Below, one piece after another: positions 50,737 to 61,157 of a stretch of DNA of 64,000 nucleotides. Under the pieces are notes generated by a model. That model ran no database searches. It saw nothing but the letters and a program-made list of their open reading frames with translations, and was not told where the DNA came from. The translations under genes and the position numbers were made by a program. The stretch's first letter is position 1, and every line of letters starts with the position of its first letter. Source of the stretch: an uncultured delta proteobacterium (GTDB taxonomy: Bacteria; Desulfobacterota; Desulfomonilia; Desulfomonilales; Desulfomonilaceae); assembly GCA_963789265.1 (NCBI GenBank), contig CAWBKB010000004.1:32001-96000 (forward strand), given 5' to 3'.

Positions 50737-51102
50737 ATGAATGTTCCCAGGGTTGCCGTGATTCTTATGCTCGCGATGCTTTTGCCCGCTGTAGCGTTAC
50801 CCTGCTTTGCGGGCGAAGCCGGCTTCAGAACCTGTGTCCCGGATCGGCCCATTCCGCCCGAGAGCGTCGGCCCCATTTCGGTTCCATTCGACCTCCCTAT
50901 CTGGCCCACGCTGATCAAAACAGAGTTTAACATCCTTCCCTGGGTGAGTATCGGCCGGGCCTCCGTTTGTATCCCCGGCACCTGCAAAACCATTGAGTTT
51001 CCCGCACCTTGTTTTTCGCTGAAGCCCATTCCTGTGTGGTTCCCGTGGCTCAGGCCACTCGATGTCGAGTGCCAAGAAAAGGGAGCGTGCGGCGTTCCTT
51101 GA
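50737..51102 (+). CDS. Small exported Pro/Cys-rich hypothetical protein
   Basis: Signal peptide MNVPRVAVILMLAMLLPAVALPCFA. Confidence 0.6.
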   Translation: MNVPRVAVILMLAMLLPAVALPCFAGEAGFRTCVPDRPIPPESVGPISVPFDLPIWPTLIKTEFNILPWVSIGRASVCIPGTCKTIEFPAPCFSLKPIPVWFPWLRPLDVECQEKGACGVP

Positions 51103-51348
51103 ATCCATTTGCGGCAGGAACTACACGAGTAAATTGTAGACAAACATGATTGGCAGTAGTCCGGTCCCCGGAACGCTGGACTGCCTGCGACCGGGGGACA
51201 GACTGGACTCCGAATAGGGCCCGGGGTGACCCCGGGAAACCCTGCGCAAATCGGACAAGAATTTTTGCGATCTGTACAGGCCGTTCCTTCCCACGTGAAA
51301 GGTGCTCTATCGTTTCCCCGGGCTAGTAATGAAAGAGGTGCTGTTAGC

Positions 51349-53100
51349 GTGAACCGTTCCTCCCTAGCACTGACCTTGGAGCGGGTTCTGGAATTCTTAC
51401 ACGGGGACGGGCCCTTTCTTATGACAAGTGAGTCCCGTGATTCCTTTGCTCAAAAGGCTCAGGTTCTTCTCCGAAAGGCGCATCAGCAAGGAGAGGCCCT
51501 GTATGTCGGGATTCTCGGCGGAACAGGGGTGGGTAAATCCACGCTCATCAACGCTCTGGCGAAAAGTCAGATCTCGGGTGCTTCGAACAAACGACCTTTC
51601 ACCAATCGCGCGGTGGTTTATCGGCATAAGAGTACTCCTCGGGGACTGGACGAGATCTCCAGCCTCATACGGGAAGATGATGCTCTTCATGAATCCGATA
51701 TTATAAAAGATCTCGTGCTAATGGATCTTCCCGATTTTGATAGCGTCGAACAAGATAATCGCAAAGCCGTCCACGAAATACTCCCCTTTCTTGACTGTGT
51801 CGTATGGGTTGTAAGTCCGGAGAAGTACGTGGATTCCGTCCTTTATCACTTCGTGGGACAAACTCGAATACATCGCGAGAACTTCACGTTCGTGTTTAAT
51901 AAAGCCGACGAACTGATCAAGCAGGACAAGGGGGATCCTAATAGCAAACTCAAGGAAGCCCTGGGAGACTTCACATTTCGACTCAAGCATGAAAGCGGCA
52001 TCGAACAGCCTAGAGTATTCACTGTTTCAGCAAGCCACGAAGTTGAAGGAATGAAAGACCAACCGGTTCTGAAGAGCGAATTCAACCGGTTCCGAAGTTT
52101 TCTCATGGTTCGCAGGGACGCCAAAGAGGTCTCATCTGTTAAGATGGTCAATCTGGCAGAGGAAACCCGGCATCTGCTCAATGAGTTGAATATCGCAATT
52201 TCTCCTGAAAAAAAAAGGCGACTTTTGAACGGTCTCCCTGAAATCCTGAATGAGACTTCACAGGAGCCGGCGCTTGCGGGCCTCCACTTCATCGATCAGG
52301 AGAACAAACTTGCCGGCGAATTTTCGGGCCTTCTCTTGAGAGAAGACACGTCGATAGGACCTGTGCGGTTTGCTATGAGGGTACTCAACTGGGGGCGCGT
52401 TGGAGTGGACAAGCCTCCGGATGATCATTTGGAGCGTATATTACTGAGAACGGCGCGGGACGTTGACAAGAACAAACGCAGAGAGTTTGAAACGCTTGAC
52501 GCACGGCTGGGCTCGGAGCTTCTCCTCGCGTTCCGGCAGACTGAGGCTTCCCGTACCGGAGAAGACCCTGAAGAGACGCTGAACAAAGCTGTGAACCAGG
52601 CCTCCCAGCCAATGGCTCAAAAGATGAACCGAAGCAAAGGATCGCGTGCCGGCGGATTCTCAGGCTGGCGGCCTCTGTTCCAGAGACTTGTTTTAGGTAT
52701 TCCCGTGCTCATTTTGATCGCGAGGTTGGCCGGTCCGGCAACTGTCGAAGCGTGGCTGGACCATCCGAGCTTCCACGGCGGTTTAAAGATACTAGTGGGC
52801 TTTCTTACGTCGCTCTTCAGTTCTGACGGCTTGACCGGCCTTCTGGTACTGCTCATCTGCGATCTGTTCCTCATTTTCTATCTGGCTGCAAAGCGAATGA
52901 AAAACATAGAAAGGGACGCTCGCAACTTTGCTCTATCAGCGATCAAGAATCTGAATGACAACCTTGATGCGGCAACTCGCCGTCGTAAGGAAGAAAAGAG
53001 AGAAACCTTGCAGAGAATCCAGAAAGGTATTGATCACCTGACTGCTCTTAGCTCTATGTTCGACACTGCCGTTAGCGACCGGTCCGGCAAACTTCTCTAG
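51349..53100 (+). CDS. Dynamin-like/Era-type GTPase with C-terminal TM helices
   Basis: GGTGVGKS, RPFT, DLPDFDS, NKAD; two hydrophobic helices and a coiled coil. Confidence 0.85.
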   Translation: MNRSSLALTLERVLEFLHGDGPFLMTSESRDSFAQKAQVLLRKAHQQGEALYVGILGGTGVGKSTLINALAKSQISGASNKRPFTNRAVVYRHKSTPRGLDEISSLIREDDALHESDIIKDLVLMDLPDFDSVEQDNRKAVHEILPFLDCVVWVVSPEKYVDSVLYHFVGQTRIHRENFTFVFNKADELIKQDKGDPNSKLKEALGDFTFRLKHESGIEQPRVFTVSASHEVEGMKDQPVLKSEFNRFRSFLMVRRDAKEVSSVKMVNLAEETRHLLNELNIAISPEKKRRLLNGLPEILNETSQEPALAGLHFIDQENKLAGEFSGLLLREDTSIGPVRFAMRVLNWGRVGVDKPPDDHLERILLRTARDVDKNKRREFETLDARLGSELLLAFRQTEASRTGEDPEETLNKAVNQASQPMAQKMNRSKGSRAGGFSGWRPLFQRLVLGIPVLILIARLAGPATVEAWLDHPSFHGGLKILVGFLTSLFSSDGLTGLLVLLICDLFLIFYLAAKRMKNIERDARNFALSAIKNLNDNLDAATRRRKEEKRETLQRIQKGIDHLTALSSMFDTAVSDRSGKLL

Positions 53101-53122
53101 GGGCATTGTTTCGAACAATACC

Positions 53123-53650
53123 TCAATATTCTATGCCCTTGAGCGCTCTGATTCCATGATCGAAATGGTGCTTTACGTTCACCATTTCAAGAACTTCGTC
53201 GGCCAGGGCACAGATGTCGGGATGGGCATCCCTACCCGTCAAAGCAAGGATCAAATGTTTGGGCTTGATTGCGATGAGACCAAGTACAGCCTCGACTTTG
53301 ACCAGGTTGAATCGGACGGCTACATTGATCTCATCTAGAATGACAACGTGGTACTCGCCCCCCGCAATAGCTGAACGTGCCTTTGCCAAAGCGTTTTCGG
53401 CCATTAAACGATCGGTTTGATTGGTTTGCTTGCCGCGAATGAATCCCTTCCTTCCCATGGGTTTTATGACAAAGGCATTTCCCAGCCTTTTTGCCGCAAA
53501 GTGTTCCCCTGAGCTGTCAGCGGCCTTTAAGAACTGGATCATGTAGACATTCATGCCTCTGGCGACAGCTTGTAGACCCAAGCCTAAGGCACGAGTGGTC
53601 TTTCCTTTGCCCGATCCTGTGAACACCAAGACGCGGCCTTTTTCGTCCAT
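53123..53650 (-). CDS. cobO: Cob(I)alamin adenosyltransferase CobO/BtuR family
   Basis: TGSGKGKTT, QFLK, ILDEIN, LTGR, KHHFDHG, GIEY. Confidence 0.9.
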   Translation of the reverse strand: MDEKGRVLVFTGSGKGKTTRALGLGLQAVARGMNVYMIQFLKAADSSGEHFAAKRLGNAFVIKPMGRKGFIRGKQTNQTDRLMAENALAKARSAIAGGEYHVVILDEINVAVRFNLVKVEAVLGLIAIKPKHLILALTGRDAHPDICALADEVLEMVNVKHHFDHGIRALKGIEY

Positions 53651-53823
53651 GAGCCTTACCTTGAACAAGAACAATCGGACCAAAGCCAATGCAGCGCGCG
53701 CGGCGGCAACGGCATCGGATCGAACTCCGCACAGTGCTTGATCCTCTGTTGTGGGACCGGAAAAGGTCTCACACCATCGCGATTTCAAGCCAGTGGCGCC
53801 ATGTTTTTGGTGGGGACAGTTTG

Positions 53824-53925
53824 GTAGGGGCGGGTTTCAAACCCGCCCCCACATCGTGTCCTGCTCAAGCGGGGAGCTATACCGGCGAATAGCATTGGCC
53901 CCGGGCGACCGCCGGTCGCCCCTAC
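53824..53925. repeat. Pair of GTAG-type REP palindromes
   Basis: gtaggggcgggtttcaaacccgcccc ... gggcgaccgccggtcgcccctac. Confidence 0.8.
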
Positions 53926-53935
53926 TCATTTAATC

Positions 53936-55102
53936 CTATTTAACCAGCTTCCATTTGCCGTCCTGAATCCGAACCATGATCATGGAGTTGGTATCCAGCC
54001 CGTTGTGATCTTCAGGGGTCAAGTTGTAAATGCCGCTTATACCGACATAATTCTTTGTATGCTCGATGGCTTCGCGCAGTTTTTCCGGGTTCGTTCCCGC
54101 CTTTTTCATGGCGTTGGCCACGATGTAGATGGCATCCCAGGCGTAGCCGGAATGGGTATTGATCGGATAATCTTTGTTGTAGTGATACACATCGTTATAC
54201 AGGTGAACAAACTCCTTTATGACCTTTTTTTGCGGATCGCTGTCAGGTAGTTGCTCCCATGCCATCAATTTGGTTGCCGGCATCATGTTGCCTTCAGAGG
54301 CAGTCCCGGCCAGCTCGATATAGTTCGGGCCGGGCTGGCCGTGGCATTGAAACAAGGGGGTTTTTATATTCAGTTGTTTAATATTCTTGGCCACAATCGG
54401 TCCGGCAGGACCGATTGTCCAACACACGATTGCGTCGGGGTTTGCGGCCGTGATTTTTGTCAACTGTGAGGTCATATCAGTATCTTTGGGATTGAAGGAT
54501 TCGTCGACTACTATCGTCAGCCCATGTTTGGGAGCCAATTTGTGTAACCAACCCTTTCCGTCCTTGCCAAAGCCGTCGGAAGCCGTGATCAGGGCAATCT
54601 TCTTCAAGTTTTTCTTCTGCATGTACTCATAGAGCTTCTCAACCGCGGTGGAACTTCGCTGCGGAGATTTGAAAACCCATTTGAACGTTCCCAAATGGCC
54701 TCCTCCCATGATGACCGGATCCCCACCCACGGTCATAAACGTGGGTATGCCTGCCTCTTCGACCTGTTTTTTTACGGCCATGCCGAGGTCAGTTGTGTCC
54801 GGGCCTATGATCGCGGCTACTTTATCCACATTGATGAACTTCTTGACAACCATCACCGCTTTGGTAGGCTCAGATTCAGTGTCTCCCAAGATCAACTCTA
54901 TAGGCCGGCCGTTGATACCGCCTTCTTTGTTGATCTTGTCCACCACCATCTTGGTAACCAGTTTTGTGGGGATACCAATGACGGCCGCAGGACCCGACAG
55001 TGAAAAGAAGGCTCCGATTTTAATGGGCTTAGCCGCTTGCACGGCAGTCACTCCCAAAACAAATAATGCCGCCAGCAGGAATACTCCTAATCTCTTCATC
55101 AT
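53936..55102 (-). CDS. HAAT/LivK-type ABC substrate-binding protein
   Basis: Signal peptide, INKEGGINGRPI, periplasmic binding protein type 1 pattern. Confidence 0.92.
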   Translation of the reverse strand: MMKRLGVFLLAALFVLGVTAVQAAKPIKIGAFFSLSGPAAVIGIPTKLVTKMVVDKINKEGGINGRPIELILGDTESEPTKAVMVVKKFINVDKVAAIIGPDTTDLGMAVKKQVEEAGIPTFMTVGGDPVIMGGGHLGTFKWVFKSPQRSSTAVEKLYEYMQKKNLKKIALITASDGFGKDGKGWLHKLAPKHGLTIVVDESFNPKDTDMTSQLTKITAANPDAIVCWTIGPAGPIVAKNIKQLNIKTPLFQCHGQPGPNYIELAGTASEGNMMPATKLMAWEQLPDSDPQKKVIKEFVHLYNDVYHYNKDYPINTHSGYAWDAIYIVANAMKKAGTNPEKLREAIEHTKNYVGISGIYNLTPEDHNGLDTNSMIMVRIQDGKWKLVK

Positions 55103-55264
55103 GCTCTCCTTCAATCCCCTTCCTACTTCTCGTAGGGTATAATAGTGCTGTTAGAATTCCCGGAATGCCAAAAAGGTTGCCCGACGCCTCCCGACGTCCC
55201 AAGCCCGGAACAGGTCAAGACTTACCGCGCTCCCGATAATCGCTATGGCCTCTGCTCACCTCCT

Positions 55265-56011
55265 TTACGTAAGTTTGAGAGTCGGAGTCTCCGTCACCTC
55301 CTGACCCAAAAAGGCTCTCCTCACCTCAGTATCTTGCATCAGCTCCTCGGCCGGGCCGCTGGCAGTGACTGTTCCGTTCACAAGCACATAGGCCCGCTGA
55401 GAAATGGTTAGCGCCGCCAAGGCATTCTGCTCCACCAGGAGTATGGTGCGGCCTTCGCGGCGGAACTCCTGAATAATGCGGAATATCTCTCGGACAATCA
55501 AGGGCGCGAGCCCTAGCGAGGGCTCGTCCAACAACAGTAGGCGAGGGTTGGACATCAGTCCTCGCCCCATGGCAACCATCTGTTGTTCACCACCCGATAG
55601 AGTTCCTGCTCGTTGTTTACGACGAGCTTTCAGGGGGGGGAAGAGTTGGAAAATCCGGTCCATTTCCGATATGAGACGTTTCTTGGTCATTTCCCGGGAG
55701 CGCAAATAAGCGCCCATTTCAAGATTTTCCTCGACCGTGAGCGGCCCGAACAGTTGTCGGTTTTCAGGCACGTGGACAATACCCAGGCGCACCATTTTTT
55801 GTGAGGAGGCACGGGAAACATTCTCTCCCATGAAAACCACGTTGCCGTTTCGGGCCGGATGAATACCCGAGAGGCAATTCAGCAGTGTAGTCTTGCCCGC
55901 GCCGTTAGCCCCTATCAAGCAGACAATCTCCCCTTGCTTTACCTCCAACGAGATTCCTTTCAACGCGCAATTGCCGCCATAGTAAGCCTCCAGGTTTTCC
56001 ACATGCAACAT
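55265..56011 (-). CDS. livF: LivF-type ATP-binding protein
   Basis: GANGAGKT, LSGGEQQM, DEPSLGLAP, VEQN. Confidence 0.93.
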   Translation of the reverse strand: MLHVENLEAYYGGNCALKGISLEVKQGEIVCLIGANGAGKTTLLNCLSGIHPARNGNVVFMGENVSRASSQKMVRLGIVHVPENRQLFGPLTVEENLEMGAYLRSREMTKKRLISEMDRIFQLFPPLKARRKQRAGTLSGGEQQMVAMGRGLMSNPRLLLLDEPSLGLAPLIVREIFRIIQEFRREGRTILLVEQNALAALTISQRAYVLVNGTVTASGPAEELMQDTEVRRAFLGQEVTETPTLKLT

Positions 56012-57837
56012 TTAAACTACTCCGCCAAGATATGCAGCCAGCACCTTTTCGTCCCTTTGTATGTCTTCGGGGTGTCCTTCAGCAATTTTCCTGCCGTAAT
56101 TGAGAACTACAACCTTGTCTGAAATCCCCATTACCAGGTTCATGTCATGCTCCACGAGAAGAACGGAGATGCCACGGGATCGGATCTCTCTGATCTTCGC
56201 GGCCATTTCCCGAGTCTCAGCCATATTGAGGCCCGCCACCGGCTCATCCAGCAAGACAACAGTTGGCAACGGAGCAATGGCTCTGGCCATTTCAACACGC
56301 TTCTGTTCGCCATAAGAAAGGCTCGACGCGGGCCAAAGCCCTTTTTCCCCGAGGTCGAAAAAACTTAAGATCTCCCAAGCCCTGCGCTCGATCTCCTTTT
56401 CCTCCTTTTGGAAGCCGGGCAGGTGAAACAGACAGGATACAAATTCATTTTTGGTTTTGGCATGCAGGCCAACCATCACATTTTCCAGCACGGTCATATT
56501 TTCGAATATCTGGAGATTCTGAAACGTTCGGTTCAACCCTATGGAAGCTAGCTGATAAGATGGTCTGCCGCTGATCTCTCGGTCCTCAAAGAAAACTTTG
56601 CCGCTCCGGACCCGCTCTGCCCCCGAAATAACGTTAATAAGAGTCGTTTTGCCCGCACCGTTAGGTCCGATCAAGGCTGTAATCGAGCCTTTGGGCATTT
56701 CGAAGGAGACTTGGCCGAGGGCCATCAATCCCCCGAAGCTCACGGTGACTTTATCAACTCTCAAGACGGCCCGATTCTTTAATCCCGATACTGCCCCTCC
56801 ACTTTCGGAAGCAAATCCGGAAAGGTTGCGGTCCGCATCGACCTCAAGTAATTGACCGCCGCCGGCTATTTCGCTTCTCGCTGGTGATCTTCTCGAACGC
56901 CATCGGTCTTGAAAGGCTACGAGCAATCCTTCAGGAAGAAAAATCAAAATTAACACGAGGGTTAACCCATAAAACACGTCTTTGTATTCATCAAAGAAAT
57001 GTAGGACAAGAGGCAACGGAGTCAAAAAGACGGTCCCCGAGACAGCGCCCCAGATACTCCCCATTCCGCCGATGATGACCATGGTCACCAGTTCTATCGA
57101 AAAGAAAATGTCAAATGTTTTTGGACTGATGAAGGTCAGATAATGAGCGTATAAACTCCCGGCAACCGAGGCATAAAGGGCGCTCAGGTACAAAGACCTC
57201 GACCTTGTACCTCTCCGTCCGCACACCAACCGACGCGGCCGCCACTTCACTATCGTGCAACGCCCTCAATCCTCTTCCCACCCGTGAGTTCACAAGGTTT
57301 AGGGCCAGAAACAATCGAGACAAAAGCAAAGAACCAAATGAGGTAGTACATCTTCCGATCGGAATCCAGCGCCCAGGAACCAATTGTGAGACTGGGAATA
57401 CCGGGAAAACCCGAAGGGCCGCCAGTCATGTCTTCCCACTCGATCAGGACAATATTGACGATCAAGTTGAAGCCGAGTGTGGCCATGACCAGGTAGTGCC
57501 CGCGCAGCTTCAGAGTCGGGATGCCTATGATTAACGCGAGCAAGCCGGTCGCTACCAGAGCGATGGGCATGGCCGACCAGGGAGACAGGCCGTATGTTAC
57601 GGTGAGAATGCCGGAAAGATACGCGCCAAGACCATAAAAAGCGGCATGTCCCAGCGAGATCTGACCCGCATATCCGATCAGCAGGCTTAGGCCGACCACC
57701 ACTATTGTGTTCAGGCCGACGATATTTATCACATTTAAATAATAAGGATTGGGAATCAGGAAAGGGATAACGATGATTACCAGTGCGGGCGTTACAAAGC
57801 CCAGATAGGGTTTGATCTTCAACAGGCCTTGCGCCAT
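56012..57837 (-). CDS. LivM permease-LivG ATPase fusion (two apparent frameshifts near 57190 and 57310)
   Basis: GYAGQISLGHAAF permease; GPNGAGKT and DEPVAG ATPase in the same frame as the permease C-terminus. Confidence 0.85.
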
Positions 57838-57844
57838 ATACTTA

Positions 57845-58033
57845 TCCCAATGCGCTTTCGAGCAAGTGATACGTGGTTTTAGTGGGGCAGGCATCTTGCC
57901 TGTCGTCATGCCCGCGTACGCTGGCATCCAGACTGGACCCCGGATCGGAGTCCGGGGCGACGAATGGCAGGCGCGATGCCTCCCCCACCACATCCTGTTT
58001 TAGGATTGTTACTTGTTTGATGGCGCATTGGTA
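57845..58033. repeat. MITE-like repeat, copy 2 (inverted relative to 21504-21692)
   Basis: Shared core ccccggactccgatccggggtccagtc...cgtacgcgggcatgacgacag.caagatgcctg; ends tcccaatgcgc / gcgcattggta. Confidence 0.85.
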
Positions 58034-58195
58034 TTATTCCAATGCGCCATCAAACAAGTAATCCCACCGCAGGCAGGACAGATGCCCTCGTGGGACGGAT
58101 GCACGAAGTCCATGCAGCCAAGCAACGTCGTGGCGTTCATACGCGGGAGTTTGGCCTCAAACCGCTCTAAATGTGACAGCAGGGAATTCATGGGA

Positions 58196-59080
58196 CTAAA
58201 TACGCTCCTTCTCTCCATAGCCTAATAGCCCGCTGGGTTTCATGAAGAGAACCAGAAGAAGCACCGCGAAGGCTATCACATCCTTGTAGGTGGAAGAGAC
58301 GAGCCCCGCGCCGAACGACTCCAGCAGCCCCAGCGTCAGCCCGCCTATGATAGCCCCTACGCTGTTTCCGTAACCCCCGAGAACCGCTGCAGCGAACCCC
58401 TTTAGGCCGAGTATCACGCCGATGTCATAGGACAGGGTGGTGATCGGAACTATGATGATTCCGGCCACTGCCCCAAGAGCACCGCTCAAGGCAAACGAAA
58501 GGAGGACCATTCGATTAACATTCACTCCCATAAGGGCTGCTGCCTTCGGGTTAAAGGACGCGGCTCTCATGGCTTTTCCTATTCTGCTCCTACCGAAGAA
58601 TAGGTGTAGCAAGATTACTACTATGATAGTAATGGCAAGGATCCAGAGGCTCTGAGGCAAAATCGCCGCCCGCAGGATCAGCAGCGGCGTATCCCCTGAA
58701 AAGGAGGGAAGGGCCATTTGATTCGTGCCCCATAGGATTTTGAAGACTGCACGCATCAGGATCGAAACACCAATAGTGATAAAAATGAGGATCAGGACAG
58801 CGCGAGATTTGGCCGGTCTTATGGCCAAACGTTCCACAAGCCCCCCCACCGCGGTTACAGACAGCACACCGAGGATAAAAGCCAAAGGCATGGGTAGATG
58901 CATCCGCAGGAGAAAGGTGTACATCATCAGACCGCCCAGGCTGACAAAATCTACTTGAGTAAAGTTAACGATCCCGATGGCATTGTGAATAATGCAAAAG
59001 CCGAGGGCTATCAGCGCGTAGATGCTCCCTGTGGTAAGACCGGCAACGACGAACTGCGTGAGCTCATGCTCCGTAGACAT
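58196..59080 (-). CDS. livH: LivH-type permease
   Basis: GSIYALIALG, GKAMRA, KGFAAAVLGG. Confidence 0.92.
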   Translation of the reverse strand: MSTEHELTQFVVAGLTTGSIYALIALGFCIIHNAIGIVNFTQVDFVSLGGLMMYTFLLRMHLPMPLAFILGVLSVTAVGGLVERLAIRPAKSRAVLILIFITIGVSILMRAVFKILWGTNQMALPSFSGDTPLLILRAAILPQSLWILAITIIVVILLHLFFGRSRIGKAMRAASFNPKAAALMGVNVNRMVLLSFALSGALGAVAGIIIVPITTLSYDIGVILGLKGFAAAVLGGYGNSVGAIIGGLTLGLLESFGAGLVSSTYKDVIAFAVLLLVLFMKPSGLLGYGEKERI

Positions 59081-59512
59081 GATGTCCTTTCCATGCTCCG
59101 CAAGAAATGATTGCAAGACCGGGATTCATCTTCTTGCGGACGTGACGAGCAAACGGCCGGGTACAGGAAGAGCCTGCTTTCAACAGTTAGGGGGCATCCC
59201 GCGAAACTGTGCCCTCACAAATCCAATGGCCTGAATAGCCCCTTGGTTGGAGGTTTTCAACTCGTTCCGGCTCTGCATAGAAGTGTTAAAGCATTTCCTC
59301 ACTAACCGTTCGTGAGAAAACTGTCAAGGAGAAGGTGAACCGAGTGGTAACCACTCTCTCACGTGGGGGCAGTCCTTCCCAGACTGTTGCAAAACCCTTG
59401 AGCCGGACAAAATCATAACGCGAATGCCCCCGTTCCCGGCAATCCCACTCGGAACGCGGGACTGCCCGCCATCCGCCCTCTCGGTTCTCCACATACGCAG
59501 GCATTACGAAAT

Positions 59513-59541
59513 GTAGGGGCGGGTTTCAAACCTGCCCCTAC
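59513..59541. repeat. GTAG-type REP palindrome
   Basis: gtaggggcgggtttcaaacctgcccctac, same family as 53824. Confidence 0.8.
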
Positions 59542-59579
59542 CGGAAACACCGTGTCACTTGTTTTACGACACATTGAAG

Positions 59580-60290
59580 TCAAACAGCCAGATATCGTTT
59601 CTTGATTTCCTCGTTCTTTTCCAGGTCAGCTATGGTCCCCTGGTATTTGATGTGACCGTTATCCACTATGTAAGCCCGATCCGAATGCTTCAGCGCAAAC
59701 TTCACATTCTGTTCGGAGAGGAGCACCGTCAACCCCTCCTGTTTAATCAGGTCGATAAATCGCCCCAACACCTTGACAATGATGGGGGCCAAACCCTCGG
59801 ATGGTTCGTCAAGAAGGATCAATCGGGGATTGCCCATGAGAGTACGAGCTATCGTGAGCATTTGCTGTTCTCCACCGCTCAAATTTCCCCCTCGGCGATT
59901 GGACAACTCCTTGAGCCGAGGGAACAGCTCGTATATACGGTCTACACTCCATCCCTCGCCTTTAGATTTTGATCTTCTCCGGCCGACATCCAGGTTGGCA
60001 TAAACTGTAAGATCAGGGAAAATTCGCCGGTCTTCGGGGACGAACCCTAATCCAAGCCGGGCTATTCTGTACGGCGGCTTTCCCGTAATCTCGCGGCCGC
60101 CGAACTTCACGGTCCCCTGTTTTGGCGGGGTGAGACCCATGATGCTGCGCATGGTGGTGGTCTTCCCTGCACCGTTTCTCCCCAGCAGAACCACCACCTC
60201 ACCTTGATCGACTTTGAGTGAGATGTCGAAGAGGATATGGCTCAACCCATAAAACGTGTTAATATTCTCAACTTCCAACAGCATGCTCAA
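59580..60290 (-). CDS. livF: LivF-type ATP-binding protein
   Basis: GRNGAGKT, LSGGEQQM, DEPSEGLAP. Confidence 0.93.
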   Translation of the reverse strand: MSMLLEVENINTFYGLSHILFDISLKVDQGEVVVLLGRNGAGKTTTMRSIMGLTPPKQGTVKFGGREITGKPPYRIARLGLGFVPEDRRIFPDLTVYANLDVGRRRSKSKGEGWSVDRIYELFPRLKELSNRRGGNLSGGEQQMLTIARTLMGNPRLILLDEPSEGLAPIIVKVLGRFIDLIKQEGLTVLLSEQNVKFALKHSDRAYIVDNGHIKYQGTIADLEKNEEIKKRYLAV

Positions 60291-61042
60291 TCCTCTTCAC
60301 CTAGATATGCCTCGATCACCTGGGGATTGGACGAAATCTCCTCTGGTGTTCCTTCGGCCAGCAAAGATTTGTAACAGAGCACCCGCACTTTCTGCGAGAT
60401 TCCGAACACCATGTCCATATCGTGCTCGATAAATACCATAGTAATTTTCAGGCGCTCCCATAGCTGCTTGACCAATTCCACAGTTTGCCAGCGCTCTTCG
60501 GGACTCATTCCGGCCATGGGCTCGTCAAGAAGAAGAAGCTCCGGTTCCAAAGCAAGCGCCACAGCTATGTCGAGCCTTTTCTGGTTCCCGTGTGCCAGAG
60601 TGCCGCTTTGGCGGTCGGCCAGATCCGCAAGACCGACATCCTCCAGAACTCCGTATGCTCTCTCGTGCACAACTTTGAGCTTGCTCACGGCCGTAACCAG
60701 ATTTAAATTGCCGTTGTTCTTGGTGATGATGGTGGCGACCACATTTTCCACCACTGTCATTCTGGGAAAGATGTTGGTTATCTGAAAAGCCCGGGCCATT
60801 CCCAGCCTGACGATGTCGAAAGGCTGCATCCCCGAGATATCTTTATCATTGAATATGATGCGTCCCTTGTCCGGAACGTGGTACCCGGTTATCAGGTTGA
60901 ACAGGGTAGTTTTCCCTGCGCCGTTGGGCCCGATGATGGCGCTCAATTCACCTCGTGAGACGGCGAAATTCACGTCGCTAAAAATCTGGTTGCCCTCGAA
61001 CGATTTTGACAGATTTTCAATTCGCAGAATATGATCGGCCAT
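60287..61042 (-). CDS. livG: LivG-type ATP-binding protein
   Basis: GPNGAGKT, DEPMAGM, IEHDM, AYLG. Confidence 0.93.
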   Translation of the reverse strand: MADHILRIENLSKSFEGNQIFSDVNFAVSRGELSAIIGPNGAGKTTLFNLITGYHVPDKGRIIFNDKDISGMQPFDIVRLGMARAFQITNIFPRMTVVENVVATIITKNNGNLNLVTAVSKLKVVHERAYGVLEDVGLADLADRQSGTLAHGNQKRLDIAVALALEPELLLLDEPMAGMSPEERWQTVELVKQLWERLKITMVFIEHDMDMVFGISQKVRVLCYKSLLAEGTPEEISSNPQVIEAYLGEED

Positions 61043-61157
61043 CTCAGTTCTTACCGCCCATCAGTTCATAACAGTGCATTGTCGGATATACGCATTGTGC
61101 GATAAACTCAGCATGCTACGAGATTACTCGATTGAAAGCCCACTGCAATTTCTCGTT

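Noticed and set aside
59120..59504. Cobalamin or Moco riboswitch upstream of the liv operon ending near cobO
   Set aside because: Hairpins are present but no B12-box or other recognisable consensus was found by eye.
53824..59541. tRNA or CRISPR repeats (gggtttcaaaccc motif)
   Set aside because: Isolated GTAG-type REP palindromes; no cloverleaf, no regular repeat-spacer array, no cas genes.
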